64,000 bases of DNA. Source: Gemmatimonadota bacterium. GTDB lineage: Bacteria; Gemmatimonadota; Gemmatimonadetes; Gemmatimonadales; GWC2-71-9. This document shows positions 9,221 to 19,832 of this stretch, piece after piece; position 1 is the first letter of the stretch; the number at the start of each line of letters is the position of its first letter. Location of the stretch: the NCBI GenBank assembly GCA_036679605.1, contig JAZDCZ010000419.1:32001-96000 (forward strand). Direction: 5' to 3'. The position numbers and the translations under genes are program-made. The notes under the pieces are model-generated. The model was given only the letters and a program-made list of their open reading frames with translations, had not been told where the DNA came from and did not search any database.

Positions 9221-10816
9221 TCAACGCGATGTGTTAATGACATCGACATTGCTGAACCGAGCCGGCGGACAACCGTGGCTCACCGCGTTAGCCTGTGTGG
9301 GCTGGCCTTTCCCATCTGTCGGGGTCCCCCCGAGGAAATATCCTCGCGGACCGCCCAGCATATCCATTGAGCGCCAAAAATCGAGGGTACGCCCCTGATA
9401 AGCTACATCTTTCAGCATGCCCACTATCTTGCCGCCGAGAACCTCATAGAACACTTGGCCCCCAAACTGAAAGTTGTAGCGTTGCTGATCGATGCTGTAC
9501 GAACCTCGACCTTTGATCACGATGCCGCGATCGGTGGCCTGGATCAAATCGGACAAGACTAGATCTTGTTCGCCGGGCACTAACGAGACGTTAGGCATGC
9601 GTTGAAACTGTACCGAGTCCCATGAGCTGGAATAGGAACAACCGTGAGATCGGAAGTTGTCTGTCAGATCAGAGATCCAGCCCACTTGCTCCCGCGTCGT
9701 CTGATAGTCCACGAAGGTGCCATCCTTCACAATCGGCCAACTGTCTGCCGGCACACCTTCGTCGTCCCATCCGGCGGTTGCGAGCGCGCCCAATTGTGTC
9801 CGGTCACCTTGAATGTTCATGAACTCAGGACCGTATTGGAGTTTTCCGATCATTTCCTCTGGAGGGGCTAGAAACGAGGTTCCTGCATAGTTCGCCTCGT
9901 ACCCCATAGCACGATCCAGTTCGGTCGGGTGACCGATGGTCTCATGGATAGTCAGGAATAGGTTTGTCGGATCGAGGATTAGATCGTATGGTCCCGCTTC
10001 CACCGACTTGGCCGACAGTTTCTGTACGGCTTCCTCGGCCCACTGGCCCGCTCTTCCTTCCAGATCAGACGACACCACATGCTCGTATCCTAGTCCCATC
10101 GCAGCTATTTCGGTGGACGATCGCGACTGAAAATCTGAACGATCTGACGCAACGGCCGTCACCGTCAGGAACGGTATTGATCGGTAGATCGTCTGCTCGA
10201 TAATGCTTCCTTCGGTCGACCCGAAAGTTTTCTCCTCACGCACGAAAGACATCGAAGAGTTGACGAATCTTGCTCCGCGGACCCTCAAGGCTTCCTCGTT
10301 GGCAGCTAGCAACAGCTCGATCTTGTCTTCGATGGGAACTTCAAACGGGTCGGTTTGAATTGGGCTGCGCCAAACACCATCCGGGAATCCGCTGACTGCG
10401 GCGAGAGATACAGGCCGCCGCATGGCTCCTTGATTGATCTTCGCCTGCTCTACCGCCAGCTTTGCTACTCGCTGGCATTCCGATCGATTCGTGTGCTTGC
10501 TCGCTACAAAACCCCACGCTCCCCCAACGAGCGCCCTGATGCCGAACCCAAGACTTTGGTTATCGCTCAACCCCGAGACACGGTTTCCCCGAGTCGACAC
10601 GGTCTGTCGGCGGACGTTCATGACACGGATATCAGCGTAGTCAGCTCCAGCTGTTCGCGCAGTGTCCAGGGCGACCAGACACAGTTCCTTTACCGCCGTG
10701 TCCGCGGTTCCTACAGTTGGACTGCCACCTATCGCAAGCTCTCCGCCAGGAGCAGCAGCTAACATAGCGGCTGCAAGCGAAGTGTCTTTCAGAAATTCGC
10801 GTCGTGTTATCGACAT
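9221..10816 (-). CDS. tldD: TldD family metalloprotease with Tat signal peptide
   Basis: HETIGHPTELDR, DDEG, QRMPN, SHGCP; N-terminus TRREFLK. Confidence 0.92.
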   Translation of the reverse strand: MSITRREFLKDTSLAAAMLAAAPGGELAIGGSPTVGTADTAVKELCLVALDTARTAGADYADIRVMNVRRQTVSTRGNRVSGLSDNQSLGFGIRALVGGAWGFVASKHTNRSECQRVAKLAVEQAKINQGAMRRPVSLAAVSGFPDGVWRSPIQTDPFEVPIEDKIELLLAANEEALRVRGARFVNSSMSFVREEKTFGSTEGSIIEQTIYRSIPFLTVTAVASDRSDFQSRSSTEIAAMGLGYEHVVSSDLEGRAGQWAEEAVQKLSAKSVEAGPYDLILDPTNLFLTIHETIGHPTELDRAMGYEANYAGTSFLAPPEEMIGKLQYGPEFMNIQGDRTQLGALATAGWDDEGVPADSWPIVKDGTFVDYQTTREQVGWISDLTDNFRSHGCSYSSSWDSVQFQRMPNVSLVPGEQDLVLSDLIQATDRGIVIKGRGSYSIDQQRYNFQFGGQVFYEVLGGKIVGMLKDVAYQGRTLDFWRSMDMLGGPRGYFLGGTPTDGKGQPTQANAVSHGCPPARFSNVDVINTSR

Positions 10817-11052
10817 CTACATCAACCCATTGAACTCGTACATCGCTGCGAATATTATAGATAGCGATCGAACGCGCAATACTTTTTCGACGATCGACAC
10901 ATTACGAATTCAGATCCAGGAAGTATTTTGGTGCTGCGATCACCACAATAATTGCTCGTCATTGCAGCACACGAACTGCGGAATCAAATGTCTCCCGCCA
11001 TATTGCACTAGCGAACGAGCATAGATTCACGCTCATCAGGGAGACGTCATCA

Positions 11053-11844
11053 ATGGACTTGAAGATAGAGAATAGGGTAGCATTGGTTTGTGGGTCGTCG
11101 AGTGGATTGGGCCTCGCGATCGCAACTGCGCTGGCTGATGAAGGATGCAGAATCGCGATGAACGGCCGAGATAAGCCGAGACTAGATGAAGCCGTTGAGC
11201 AGGTAAGAAAGGGGACCGAGAAGGAAGTTGAGGGATTTCCGGCTGATGTTAGCGTACGCGATCGGGCAGAGCGGCTCGTCCGCGATGTGCACGGCCACTA
11301 CGGTTCTATCGATATATTGGTGTGCAACGCAGGAGGGCCGCCCAGTGCTCCATTTGCAACCACCCCGGAAGACGCCTGGCAGAAGGCCCTGGAACTCAAC
11401 CTACTCTCCACGGTTCACCTCTGTAGAGCCGCAGTCCCCTTAATGTCTGAGCAGGGATGGGGTCGAGTCGTGTGCCTCACTAGCGTAGCTGCTAAGGAGC
11501 CTTTGCCCGGACTCATTCTCTCGACGACTGCGCGTGCTGGTGTGCTGGGATTTGCGAAATCGTTGGCAGACGAGGTAGCCGTCAAAGGTATTACAGTTAA
11601 CTCGGTGTGCCCGGGGTACATGAGAACTGAGCGTGTAAATGATCTAGTAAACGAGCGCTCGCAAAACGAAGGTCGGCCGGGGACCGAGATTGTCGGTGAA
11701 CTGGTTGCCCGAATTCCGATGGATCGGATGGGCGATCCCAGTGAACTCGCTGCGGCGGTCGCTTTCCTCGCTTCCGAGCGAGCGAGTTACGTTACAGGCG
11801 TAGCGCTGCAAGTTGACGGTGGCTACATACGGGGGATTCTGTGA
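11053..11844 (+). CDS. SDR family oxidoreductase
   Basis: CGSSSGLG, NAGGP, VCPG, VDGG. Confidence 0.92.
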   Translation: MDLKIENRVALVCGSSSGLGLAIATALADEGCRIAMNGRDKPRLDEAVEQVRKGTEKEVEGFPADVSVRDRAERLVRDVHGHYGSIDILVCNAGGPPSAPFATTPEDAWQKALELNLLSTVHLCRAAVPLMSEQGWGRVVCLTSVAAKEPLPGLILSTTARAGVLGFAKSLADEVAVKGITVNSVCPGYMRTERVNDLVNERSQNEGRPGTEIVGELVARIPMDRMGDPSELAAAVAFLASERASYVTGVALQVDGGYIRGIL

Positions 11845-11917
11845 CGCCGAAGACACAGATACAAGAAACCGATAGCACCGATACCCGACCGCCATGCTCG
11901 GTATTCCATAGACGTCC

Positions 11918-12955
11918 ATGAGAGCTATTGCAAAACGCAAACCGGAAGCCGGTCTCAATATCACCGACGTTCCGACTCCAGAGTGCGGTCCTTCGGATGT
12001 GTTGATTCACGTGCGGCATGCCGGTGTCTGTGGCACAGATTTGCACATCGCCGAGTGGGACGATTGGGCCCGTAGTCGGATTCGACCCCCGATCATCGTC
12101 GGACACGAGTTCGCCGGCGAGATCGTGGAGGTCGGCACGGACGTGAGATCGGAATTTCAGATCGGACAATTGGTAACCGCGGAAGGTCACATCGTATGCG
12201 GTCATTGCAGGCAATGCAGAACAGGGCACGGCCACATATGCCAACGGACTCAAATAATCGGAGTAGACAGGGACGGGGCGTTCGCCGAGTACATCGCAAT
12301 GCCGGCGCTCAACGTAATGCTCCTAAACGACATCCCAACTACAACGGGTGCCATCATGGATCCGCTTGGGAACGCATTTCACACAGTCCTTTCGGCCAAC
12401 ATCCCAGGCAGCACGGTCTTGGTCGTCGGATGCGGTCCGATCGGTTGCTTCGCCGTGGGAATCGCGCGGGCTGCTGGTGCGGCTCGGGTCATCGCATCTG
12501 ATATGAACCGATACAGGCTCGATCTGGCTCAGAAAATGGGCGCGCATTCTGTTATCGACCCCTCGTCGGAAGATGTCGTAGCGAAGGTGCTGGAAGAAAC
12601 GGCAGGCGAGGGTGCTGACCTGGTGTGCGAGATGTCAGGCCATCCGACGGCCCTTGCTCAGGCCTTCCAGACGGCTCGGCTCGGAGGAAGAGTTCATCTT
12701 CTAGGCCTGCCGAACGAGGCGGTACGGATCGATTTTGCGAATGACATCATTTTCAAGGGCCTTACCGTTTATGGTGTGATCGGACGCCGAATGTACGAGA
12801 CCTGGCATCAAATGCAGGCGTTCCTTTCGTCCGGCCTGCTCGACCCCACCCCGGTCATCACCCACCAGTTTCCACTCGAGTCGATCAATGACGGGCTTGA
12901 AATCATCAGATCGGGCGGGGCAGGAAAAGTGATTCTCGAAATAGGGAGTAGCTGA
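11918..12955 (+). CDS. tdh: L-threonine 3-dehydrogenase
   Basis: CGTDLHI, GHEFAG, CGHCRQC..C, GCGPIG, GRRMYETW; coupled to kbl. Confidence 0.95.
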   Translation: MRAIAKRKPEAGLNITDVPTPECGPSDVLIHVRHAGVCGTDLHIAEWDDWARSRIRPPIIVGHEFAGEIVEVGTDVRSEFQIGQLVTAEGHIVCGHCRQCRTGHGHICQRTQIIGVDRDGAFAEYIAMPALNVMLLNDIPTTTGAIMDPLGNAFHTVLSANIPGSTVLVVGCGPIGCFAVGIARAAGAARVIASDMNRYRLDLAQKMGAHSVIDPSSEDVVAKVLEETAGEGADLVCEMSGHPTALAQAFQTARLGGRVHLLGLPNEAVRIDFANDIIFKGLTVYGVIGRRMYETWHQMQAFLSSGLLDPTPVITHQFPLESINDGLEIIRSGGAGKVILEIGSS

Positions 12956-14154
12956 TGAACACCGCGGTTGAAACTCGGCTCACTGAGGAGTTGCAGCAAT
13001 TCAAACGTGACGGGGTCTACAAGACGTTCAACTATCTCGATTCACCCCAACGGCCCTGCGTCAAAATGGAGGGTCGCGGTGATGTCATAATTCTCTCAAG
13101 CAACAACTATCTCGGCCTGTCCAACTTGCCCGAGGTGGTAGCCGGCGGCAAAGCAGCTCTCGACCGGTTTGGCGGAGGAACAGCCAGCGTCAGGTTTATC
13201 TGTGGGACATTTACGATCCACCGGGACGTGGAAGAGGCTCTCGCAAGTTTCGTCGGTACCGAAGCCGCATTGACGTATGTCTCCTGCTGGAACGCCAACG
13301 AGGGACTCTGCTCCACCCTGCTCTCTGCGGATGACATCGTTATCTCTGACGAACTGAACCACGCGTCGATCATTGACTCGATCCGCCTTGCCAAGAACAT
13401 CGTCAAGTGCCGGTCCGCTGTCTATCAACATTCTGATATGGACGATCTCGTGGTAAAGCTGAGGGCGGCAAAGAACCACCGCACGCGCGTGATCTTCACG
13501 GACGGCGTGTTCTCGATGGAGGGCGACATTGCCAGACTTGCCGAAATCGTCGCACTAGCCCGGAAACACGATGCCATGGTTGCCGTCGATGACTCACACG
13601 GAACCGGAGTTCTCGGAAAAACCGGCAGAGGAGCGGCTGAACACACGGGGGTCTTGGGTGAGATAGACATAATCACGTCCACCCTTGGGAAAGCCCTGGG
13701 AGGCGCTGCTGGAGGATTCACCGCCTCGTCATCGGCGCTCTGTGACTACTTGATGCAGCGCTCGCGCCCTCAACTTTTCTCGAACGCTCTTCCCTGCACC
13801 GTGGCGGGTAGTGCTCTCGCTGCTGTCAACTATCTCGAAGCTCATCCGGAACTGATAGAGACTCTCCGTGAGAACACCAAGTACTTCCGGACTCAACTGA
13901 AAGAACTGGGCCTAAAACCGCTGGACGGAGACACTCCGATCATCCCAGTGATACTCGGTGAAACGGCTAAAGCCATCGAGATGAGTCGTTTGTTGCTGGA
14001 CGAGGGGGTGTTCGTCACCGGATTCGGTTATCCCGTGGTGCCCAAAGGACAGGCCCGAGTTCGCTGCCAGATTTCGGCGGCGCACACCAGGGATCATCTG
14101 GATGAAGCGCTACGCGCCTTTAAAGTCGCCGGCCAACGGCTAGGACTGATCTGA
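12955..14154 (+). CDS. kbl: Glycine C-acetyltransferase (2-amino-3-ketobutyrate CoA ligase)
   Basis: SNNYLGL, SVRFICGT, SDELNHASIID, TDGVFSMEG, DDSH, TLGKALGG. Confidence 0.95.
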   Translation: MNTAVETRLTEELQQFKRDGVYKTFNYLDSPQRPCVKMEGRGDVIILSSNNYLGLSNLPEVVAGGKAALDRFGGGTASVRFICGTFTIHRDVEEALASFVGTEAALTYVSCWNANEGLCSTLLSADDIVISDELNHASIIDSIRLAKNIVKCRSAVYQHSDMDDLVVKLRAAKNHRTRVIFTDGVFSMEGDIARLAEIVALARKHDAMVAVDDSHGTGVLGKTGRGAAEHTGVLGEIDIITSTLGKALGGAAGGFTASSSALCDYLMQRSRPQLFSNALPCTVAGSALAAVNYLEAHPELIETLRENTKYFRTQLKELGLKPLDGDTPIIPVILGETAKAIEMSRLLLDEGVFVTGFGYPVVPKGQARVRCQISAAHTRDHLDEALRAFKVAGQRLGLI

Positions 14155-14403
14155 TTGGCATCGGGAAATCATCTATTCTCTAATAGTAGTAGATTCACGA
14201 TTAGTGGATTGAGGAAAACCAACTCCAAAGGCCGGATGTTTATTTCGACAGTGAGCCCTCACTCACTTATTGTCTCGGCATCCATGGCCGCTCTGGAGCT
14301 GAGATCTGACCCCTAGACACACACCCGTGGATTGGTTTCGATTGCTTGCGCCCCAGTACCCAACTTCAAGTAGTTTCGCGCCGTAATCACTTAACCTTCG
14401 TAC

Positions 14404-14419
14404 TGGCAATGCCCTAGCA
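14404..14419 (+). promoter_or_regulatory. Possible sigma54 promoter
   Basis: TGGCAATGCCCTAGCA, GG-N10-GC spacing but TAGC instead of TTGC. Confidence 0.35.
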
Positions 14420-14606
14420 GAGGATCCTTCCACAAATTGGGGGTCGCGTTTTTTCCCTTGAAGCCCTATTTTCGTGAGGCCCATTCACGCAGCCTGCGAC
14501 ATCGGGCTGCGACTGTGAGCCAAACAGAGTACCGACTACACTATTTCACGGGCAACATAGGCCCAGCCGGGCCCGACCCAGCGTCGGGAGCCACTGATGG
14601 AGGTTA

Positions 14607-15272
14607 ATGCTAATGCGGAGACTGCCGGAAGTTTTCCTTTCCATTGTGCTATTGGCGATTGCCACCACACCCGCCTCCGCCCAAGACGACTCGTGGAAGA
14701 ACAAGTGGTATTGGGGAGCACAGGCAGGTGGCTTCCTTTACTCGACTCCTACCGTGAACGACGAGATTGCGATTGACATTGGCGGTCATTGGCTCATCAC
14801 CCGCGATCGGGTCGCACTCAACATCTCTGTTGATCAGCTGTTTTTCCAGGACAACAGCACGTCTTCCATCCCAGATGGGAGCACGCCCAGTGGAAGCCGT
14901 ATTGTAACCTTTAGCAAAGGCCGGCGCGTTCAGGCGGAACTGCTCGCCATTCCTACGAGCGGGCGTATTCAGATAATGGTGGGTGGGGGCTTTGCCATTC
15001 ATCAAATAACTGACGCTACGGCGCAAGGCACGTTTGCATCGCTGGCGCAGCAGAGCGCTGTGGCCCGCGTCGTCGGCGAACAAGACACCAAGGCGTTCGT
15101 GATATTCAGCGGCGCTGCACAGTATCGATTTGGAAGGTTGGCAGCGTTCGCCAAATACCAGTTCATGCCACAAGCCAAAGACTTCCTCATCACGAGCGAA
15201 ACGCATGTGCTAACTGGTGGGTTGAGGTACGCCTTAACCAGTTCGAGCGAGGAGATCAGCACAAAGAGATAG
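14607..15272 (+). CDS. Putative small outer-membrane beta-barrel protein
   Basis: Signal peptide ending ASA-Q; amphipathic strands (WYWGAQAGG, FSGAAQYRF, LTGGLRYAL); SD GGAGG. Confidence 0.7.
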   Translation: MLMRRLPEVFLSIVLLAIATTPASAQDDSWKNKWYWGAQAGGFLYSTPTVNDEIAIDIGGHWLITRDRVALNISVDQLFFQDNSTSSIPDGSTPSGSRIVTFSKGRRVQAELLAIPTSGRIQIMVGGGFAIHQITDATAQGTFASLAQQSAVARVVGEQDTKAFVIFSGAAQYRFGRLAAFAKYQFMPQAKDFLITSETHVLTGGLRYALTSSSEEISTKR

Positions 15273-15324
15273 CGCCGGCGCGAACCATCGGCTCTGTTGG
15301 TCTGCAAGAGAGCCCCTCAACTCA

Positions 15325-15903
15325 CTATTCCGCTGGGCGGGATAGCCAGGGCGATGACCGCTCCGCAAACCGAAGCGGCCAGTCCACCGCTTGAGAGATT
15401 CCTATTCGGGGACCGGCGTAGATCGCGAGTGCCTTGAGTTTGTCAGAGCGCAAAATTCGCACTCCACTGCGCTGTAGTGATTTTCCGTTCAGCGAGCCAT
15501 CGATTCCAAGTGCCTGGCACAAACGTGCCGGCCCCGAGCAGAGTCTGGTTTCATTTTGCGTCCGGCGCCTTCTTTTCATTGCCTCCAATCCTGCCAGCGG
15601 CTCGAGAGCACGTATGAGCACCGCGGAAGGGTAACCCTCAGCCTCGGTAACGGCATTGAAACACCAATGCATTCCATAGATGAAGTAGACGTATGAAGTA
15701 CCAGGCAGGCCAAACAGGGCGGAATTACGTTGCGTCTTGCGGTTCCCGTATCCGTGGGCCGCAGGGTCGTCGGGGCCGATGTAGCCCTCCACCTCCACTA
15801 TCCTCCCCGCAGTGCGGACACCCTCCAGCTTGGTCTCGAGAATACAACCGATCAGGTCGTTGGCTACTTCTACGGTGTCCCTTGAGTAGAAGCTCTTCGC
15901 CAG
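15325..15903 (-). CDS. mpg: DNA-3-methyladenine glycosylase (MPG/AAG family); probable CTG start
   Basis: FYSRDTVEVANDLIG..GRIVEVEGY.G.DDPAAH, YVYFIYGMHWCFN, VLIRALEP, GPARLCQALGI, RIGIS; start uncertain. Confidence 0.9.
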   Translation of the reverse strand: MAKSFYSRDTVEVANDLIGCILETKLEGVRTAGRIVEVEGYIGPDDPAAHGYGNRKTQRNSALFGLPGTSYVYFIYGMHWCFNAVTEAEGYPSAVLIRALEPLAGLEAMKRRRRTQNETRLCSGPARLCQALGIDGSLNGKSLQRSGVRILRSDKLKALAIYAGPRIGISQAVDWPLRFAERSSPWLSRPAE

Positions 15904-16007
15904 CGGTCCCTGCTTAACCGACTTCGTCGTTCTCCGAACTTCCTTTCACTGCACGTCTCAAAACACCCGTCACCTTTTGGAAGAATCCAGCCTCATCAGG
16001 TTGCTCG

Positions 16008-17546
16008 TCAAAGAGACCCCCTGGTCAAAGTCTCTTGCGAGCCCAGCTCAGCTTCTTTGCGGGAGTCCGCAGACTTGGCCAGAGGCGCCGCCCGCTTGGG
16101 CTTCGCCTCAGGAGTTGCATCGTTCTCTCCGTGGTCGCCCTGAACTCCTCGACGGAACCGCGGGTTGCGGCGGCCTGAAGATTTTGCCTTTGCCGGCACA
16201 TCTGCCGAGTCTTGGACCGACGATTCCTTAGTATCCCCTGGGCTCTTGGACGTACTTGAACTCTTGGTTCGACTTGCCGGTGGGCGCCTCTTGCGCACTG
16301 CCTTAGTGCCTTTGGCTGTCCGGCTCGCAGCCTTCCGTTTCGTCGGCTCGTCCGTAGAAGCAGCCTGTGAGGCCTTGCCCTTCTCTGACCTACTGTCCTT
16401 TTCAACAGCTGCTACGGCACTCAGCTTGAGTAGATAGTCCTCTGCATCGCTCTTAATGAGTTCTATGATGCCTGCGTCGTGTGCCTGGCGAAGAAATCGC
16501 TGGAACCGCGGATTCTCAAACATCGGATCTGATTTTTCACCGCGCAATGCCAGCATTTTCTCGTGCACCTGCACCAAGGTGGCCGAATCACCGCCAACGG
16601 CATTTAGCGCCAACAACCCTTGTTTCAATAGATCGAAGGATTCATTCAAAGTGAGGTCGGAAGACTCTTCTTTCTTCCGTGGGGATCGCCGACGCTTTGT
16701 CTTGGCCACTTTGGTGTTCGGCTCGCTCTTGCTCCCCTCCACCAATGCTTCTACCTCCGGCAACACATTTGCATTGGAGCCCAACTCAACCGAAAATTGA
16801 CCGTTATCCATCTTTTTCAAGGAGAGTAGTCCGCGTTGACCTGCTTCTGCCACAAATTTACTGAACCGATTGAATCCGGCGTCCTTTTCACTGAAGTTGG
16901 GATCTATGTTCTGCATAACCTGCTTCAGCCGGTCAGATCGCATGACGTCCCCACCTTTGATCATGCGTTGGGTCGCCTGCACTACCAGCTCCCAGGGATC
17001 CTGCCTGACGTAATCACCCTCGCCTTCCCTGGCCAAGCCGGTGAGTTCGCTGTAGCTGAAGTACTCGTCACAGTTTTGAATGAGCAAGTCACTTGACGAC
17101 TCCCGAATACCGACACCGATAACGTACTTACCGTACTCTTTCAACTTTAGAACAAGTGCGGAAAAATCTGAATCTCCTGACAGAAGAATGAACGTGCCGA
17201 TTTCTGGACGAGCGAACACGAGTTCCATCGCATCAATGGCAAGGCGGATATCTGTCGCATTCTTTTTATTGGCTCCAAACGCGGGAGCGAAGATGAGATC
17301 GATCGACGCTTCGGACAACGGTACAATGTACTGCGGGTAGCGACGCCAATCCGCATATGCACGTTGGACAGAGACTTTGCCTTTGATGATATCCGAGTTT
17401 AGCAGTTTGCGAAGTTGGTTCTGTAGGTCCGAACGGATTCCCATCGTCACGTTGTCAAAGTCGATCAACAGAGCCGCATGGACGGTCTCCCTCTGCGTGT
17501 CGCCGTGTTCCTCTCGACGCGTAGGTCTACCTAGTATGTCCTTCAA
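16008..17546 (-). CDS. NYN-domain protein with LOTUS/OST-HTH-like region and low-complexity tail
   Basis: [57 protein letters not shown]. Confidence 0.9.
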   Translation of the reverse strand: MKDILGRPTRREEHGDTQRETVHAALLIDFDNVTMGIRSDLQNQLRKLLNSDIIKGKVSVQRAYADWRRYPQYIVPLSEASIDLIFAPAFGANKKNATDIRLAIDAMELVFARPEIGTFILLSGDSDFSALVLKLKEYGKYVIGVGIRESSSDLLIQNCDEYFSYSELTGLAREGEGDYVRQDPWELVVQATQRMIKGGDVMRSDRLKQVMQNIDPNFSEKDAGFNRFSKFVAEAGQRGLLSLKKMDNGQFSVELGSNANVLPEVEALVEGSKSEPNTKVAKTKRRRSPRKKEESSDLTLNESFDLLKQGLLALNAVGGDSATLVQVHEKMLALRGEKSDPMFENPRFQRFLRQAHDAGIIELIKSDAEDYLLKLSAVAAVEKDSRSEKGKASQAASTDEPTKRKAASRTAKGTKAVRKRRPPASRTKSSSTSKSPGDTKESSVQDSADVPAKAKSSGRRNPRFRRGVQGDHGENDATPEAKPKRAAPLAKSADSRKEAELGSQETLTRGSL

Positions 17547-19105
17547 CTTGTTAACTCCAGGTCCACCACTCTGGTCAATTCATTCCTTTGGATCTTCCCG
17601 CTCGCTGTCGTCGGCAGTACATCGAAGAACCGGACCAGATCTGGGATCTTGTAATCGGCGAGCTGATCCCGGCAAAACTCTTTGAGTTCATCTCCGGTGA
17701 TAATTGCACCCTCGACCGGTACCACGCACGCACAAATGAGTTCGCCCAACACTTCGTTCGGAACTCCTACAATGCACGCCTCATCCACGCCAGGATGCGT
17801 ACGGAGCATATCCTCCAACTCGCGCGGGAAGATATTGTAACCGCCCCGAATAATCATTTCCTTGCTGCGGCCCACGATCGTCACGAAGCCATTTTCATCA
17901 ATCACTGCGAGATCCCCTGTCTTGAAAAAACCTTCTTCTGTAAGCGACCGTTTGGTCTCAGATGGCATCCGATAGTAGCCGGACATGACATTGAACCCCC
18001 GCACTACCAACTCTCCCACCGCCTCCGGACCATGTAGCGCTCCCGTCGTAACATCACCCACCTTGACTTCCACACCTTCCAAAGGCCTGCCCACTGTGGT
18101 GTCACGGGTCTCTGGTGGGTCGCTGTCACGCGTTATGGTCACGGTGGGCGCCGTCTCGGTCAATCCATACGCGATTTGGACGTTGTTCCAGCCGCGGATG
18201 CGTCGGACCAAATCAGCGGATACCGGACTGCCTGCGGCAATGCCTGTACGTACAGTGGACAGGTCACGTCCCTCAAACGAAGGGTGGCGCATCAACAGAT
18301 GGAACATGGTCGGGACGCCGTGACAAATCGTAACTCCCTCGGACTCGATAAGATCGAGGATTTGAGTGGGATCGAACCGGTCATGGAGAACTAAGGCACC
18401 ACCTGTGACCAGTGTGCTAATTGCGATGTGCGCTCCAAAAATAGTGAAGAGAGGCACCGCGCTCAAGACGCGGTCGCACTCAGATTGCCCGAGCACTTCG
18501 GCAGTGAGAACGGCCGTTTTCACCAAGTTTTCGTGAGTTAGCACAACTCCCTTCGGTTTCCCTGTTGTGCCGGAGGTGTAGAGAATTGCTTCAGGGGATC
18601 CATCGTCCAGCTCGATCGGAGGCAATACCTGCTTCTTGCCACGAACCAGCATGTCACTGAATTGGAAGACTCTGTCGTCATACCAGAGGTCTTCCTCTGC
18701 CACGAGAATCAGATACTGTAGATCAGGCAGTTCGGAAATCAGGTCGTCGAATAACTCCAGATACTCCACGTCGCCGGCAGCATCCGAGGCCACCGCCAGA
18801 CAGACCTCCGCATGGCGTAACTGATAGCTGAGTTCGCGGTATCCTAGGGAGGGATTCAGCGGTACCACCACGGCCCCGAGCTTGGCCGCGGCTAAAAGAG
18901 TAATCACCCATTCCGGTTCGTTGGGAAGGTCCACTGCCACGCGGTCGCCTAGCCCGACGCCCAAACCACTCATCGATGCAGCCAGAGCCGTAGCGGCCGC
19001 GTCCACGTGTTCATAGGTGAGGTGCCGCGATCCCTGGATCAGGCATTCCCGACTAGGCTGTTCTCTTACCCTCTCGGCGAAAAGATGCGCCAGGTGATAC
19101 CTCAA
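17543..19105 (-). CDS. Class I adenylate-forming enzyme (acyl-CoA synthetase-like)
   Basis: [36 protein letters not shown] start with SD GGAGG. Confidence 0.95.
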   Translation of the reverse strand: MRYHLAHLFAERVREQPSRECLIQGSRHLTYEHVDAAATALAASMSGLGVGLGDRVAVDLPNEPEWVITLLAAAKLGAVVVPLNPSLGYRELSYQLRHAEVCLAVASDAAGDVEYLELFDDLISELPDLQYLILVAEEDLWYDDRVFQFSDMLVRGKKQVLPPIELDDGSPEAILYTSGTTGKPKGVVLTHENLVKTAVLTAEVLGQSECDRVLSAVPLFTIFGAHIAISTLVTGGALVLHDRFDPTQILDLIESEGVTICHGVPTMFHLLMRHPSFEGRDLSTVRTGIAAGSPVSADLVRRIRGWNNVQIAYGLTETAPTVTITRDSDPPETRDTTVGRPLEGVEVKVGDVTTGALHGPEAVGELVVRGFNVMSGYYRMPSETKRSLTEEGFFKTGDLAVIDENGFVTIVGRSKEMIIRGGYNIFPRELEDMLRTHPGVDEACIVGVPNEVLGELICACVVPVEGAIITGDELKEFCRDQLADYKIPDLVRFFDVLPTTASGKIQRNELTRVVDLELTS

Positions 19106-19168
19106 ATACTACCTCCAATATCGCGGCCACCGGCCGACGATGAACCGAGTGCATCCCAGAATCTTTAT

Positions 19169-19723
19169 TTAGCCTATCCCCTCTAACTGATGCAGGGTGT
19201 CCTCGCCATAGAACATCCGAATGTACTTGGCCTGCACCGGCGTCAGCCGACGCACCGCCCATGTCAACAAAACAAAGTGCGGTTCGGTGGGTTTATTGAT
19301 TGGAAACATTCCGCACTGCCCAGGGAGGCGGTTGCCCTTTCTGGTGTTACAACTAGAACACGCCGTGACTACGTTGTTCCATCGGTTCGTTCCCCCTCGG
19401 GAGAGGGGAACGAGGTGGTCACGTGTAAGACACTCACGGAACTTGAACTCGCGGGGACTCCTTCCACAGTATTGACACCTGTATCCGTCTCGTGCGAACA
19501 GGAACGTGTTCGTAACCTGCCGACGGAATTTCCGAGGCACATGGACGAACCTGACAAGCCGGATCACCGAGGGTCTCGGAATCGTGATGGACGGGCTTCT
19601 AATCAGCCGCCGTCCGTCAGCTTCAACTATCTCGGCCTTCCCGTCGAGTACCAATCTGAGCGCACGCCGCACAGGGACGAGCGTCAGAGGTTCGAACGAC
19701 GCGTTAAGAGCCAAACAGCGCAA
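19169..19723 (-). CDS. HNH endonuclease (McrA-like)
   Basis: LNASFEPL; RDGYRCQYCG...DHLVPLSRGG...NVVTACSSCN. Confidence 0.92.
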   Translation of the reverse strand: MRCLALNASFEPLTLVPVRRALRLVLDGKAEIVEADGRRLIRSPSITIPRPSVIRLVRFVHVPRKFRRQVTNTFLFARDGYRCQYCGRSPREFKFRECLTRDHLVPLSRGGTNRWNNVVTACSSCNTRKGNRLPGQCGMFPINKPTEPHFVLLTWAVRRLTPVQAKYIRMFYGEDTLHQLEGIG

Positions 19724-19832
19724 GGCAAAGCTCCCAGTTAGGTTACAGGCACTTCCGCCGCCATAAGTCTATCTGATGGCGTAAGGCGTTGCAATGGGTC
19801 ATGTTGCACGATCATTTCCAAAAAGAGCGACC

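Noticed and set aside
19169..19723. HNH gene as a mobile element, IscB or Cas9 fragment
   Set aside because: It is a short stand-alone McrA-like protein with no RuvC motifs, terminal repeats or adjacent array.
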